From the IMG/VR virus record IMGVR_UViG_2681813268_000003, positions 1 to 6,870 of that record: 6,870 nt of DNA; one strand, given 5' to 3'. A program made the translations under genes and the position numbers. The DNA comes from a virus (taxonomy: Duplodnaviria; Heunggongvirae; Uroviricota; Caudoviricetes). A model generated the notes under the pieces. It was not told where the DNA came from. It worked only from the letters and a program-made list of their open reading frames with translations, and made no database searches. Of the stretch, positions 6,208-6,870 are shown piece by piece (positions within the stretch are counted from its first letter, which is position 1; each line of letters begins with the position of its first letter).

Positions 6208-6233
6208 CCCCGGATTGATGGTCCGGGGTTTTT
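6208..6233 (+). terminator. Rho-independent terminator closing the HNH-containing operon
   Basis: CCCCGGA 6208-6214 pairs TCCGGGG 6222-6228, 7-nt loop, then T5 6229-6233. Confidence 0.75.
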
Positions 6234-6445
6234 GAAGGAAACAAAACAGAAACAGCAATTGCCGTTACCTGTTGTTACCATGGCAAGTAAACGTATCTCA
6301 GGCGAGCGCATTGCGCCGTTCTGACGCAGATAAACTAGCCTGGATAGATGGTGCTGGCAATAAAAAATAGCGTTTTCTTATCGGTGTCGGTAAGATTGCT
6401 GCGGGTGCTTGAGGCTGTCTGCCTCGGGTATGTCACTGTAAGGCA

Positions 6446-6523
6446 GACAGAGAAAAGCCCCAGTTAACATTACGCGTCCTGCAAGACGCTTAACATTAAT
6501 CTGAGGCCCAATCTATGTCTCAC
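6446..6523 (-). ncRNA. Putative Sok-like antisense RNA of hok locus 2 (extent approximate)
   Basis: By analogy only; the same minus-strand hexamers as locus 1 are conserved (complement of AGGCAA and AGGTTA). Confidence 0.2.
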
Positions 6524-6727
6524 AAATGTAGGTTAGCCTCTTACGTGCCGAAAGGCAAGGAGAAGCAGGCTATGAAGCAGCAAAAGGCGATGTTAATCGC
6601 CCTGATCGTCATCTGTTTAACCGTCATTGTGACGGCACTGGTAACGAGGAAAGACCTCTGCGAGGTACGAATCCGAATCGGCCAGACGGAGGTCGCTGTT
6701 TTCGTAGACTACGAATCTAGAGAGTAA
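6515..6727 (+). CDS. mok: Mok-like regulatory ORF, in frame with and containing hok copy 2 (70 aa)
   Basis: ATG 6515, same architecture as locus 1. N-terminus differs (MSHKCRLASYV vs MLCTCRLASYM). Confidence 0.5.
   Translation: MSHKCRLASYVPKGKEKQAMKQQKAMLIALIVICLTVIVTALVTRKDLCEVRIRIGQTEVAVFVDYESRE
6572..6727 (+). CDS. hok: Hok/Gef-family type I toxin, second paralog (51 aa)
   Basis: MKQQKAMLIALIVICLTVIVTALVTRKDLCEVRIRIGQTEVAVFVDYESRE. Differs from copy 1 at T35I and the C-terminal residue. SD AAGGAG before ATG 6572. Confidence 0.9.
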   Translation: MKQQKAMLIALIVICLTVIVTALVTRKDLCEVRIRIGQTEVAVFVDYESRE

Positions 6728-6799
6728 GAGTGACCAGGCGGGAGAGTAATCTCCCGCCACCTTTGATGTGTCAGGCATCCTCAACGCACCCGCACTTAA

Positions 6800-6819
6800 C
6801 CCGTTTCGGCGGTTTTTTT
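6800..6819 (+). terminator. Degenerate terminator of hok copy 2 (T7 tract with minimal stem)
   Basis: Relative to copy 1, about 25 nt of the hairpin are missing; CCG/CGG with a 3-nt loop remains, followed by T7 6813-6819. Confidence 0.3.
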
Positions 6820-6870
6820 GGTAATGACTCCAACTTATTGATAGTGTTTTATGTTCAGATAATGCCCGAT

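Noticed and set aside
6111-6311. 66-aa minus-strand ORF
   Set aside because: Would read through the terminator hairpin antisense and overlaps the micropeptide; no start signals.
1-6870. Insertion sequence or transposon
   Set aside because: No transposase or integrase ORF and no terminal inverted repeats found; the direct repeats present are explained by gene duplication/mosaicism.

Overview
This window reads as the replication-proximal / nin-type accessory region of a lambdoid prophage from an Enterobacteriaceae (E. coli-like) host; all genes are on the + strand. Content in order: a disrupted DnaT-like replication gene carrying a (GAGGAA)8 poly-Glu repeat, a DnaC-like helicase loader, a small HTH protein, a zinc-ribbon/coiled-coil protein, a QueH (DUF208)-like gene, a complete hok/mok-type type I toxin locus, a 95-aa ORF, a gene truncated by a 6-N gap, a 314-bp near-exact second copy of the zinc-ribbon gene 3' end, a tightly coupled five-gene block (small membrane protein, HNH nuclease, 221-aa unknown, DUF551-like, 27-aa hydrophobic peptide) ending in a strong terminator, and a second paralogous hok/mok locus. 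No rRNA, tRNA, CRISPR array, integrase or transposase was found. The N run shows this is a draft assembly, so the frameshift and the repeat at the gap may be assembly artefacts. Family assignments rest on motif recognition and recalled sequences, not on searches. The best candidates for something undescribed are the coupled HNH-containing operon bracketed by the two hok cassettes, and the prophage-borne QueH-like gene.
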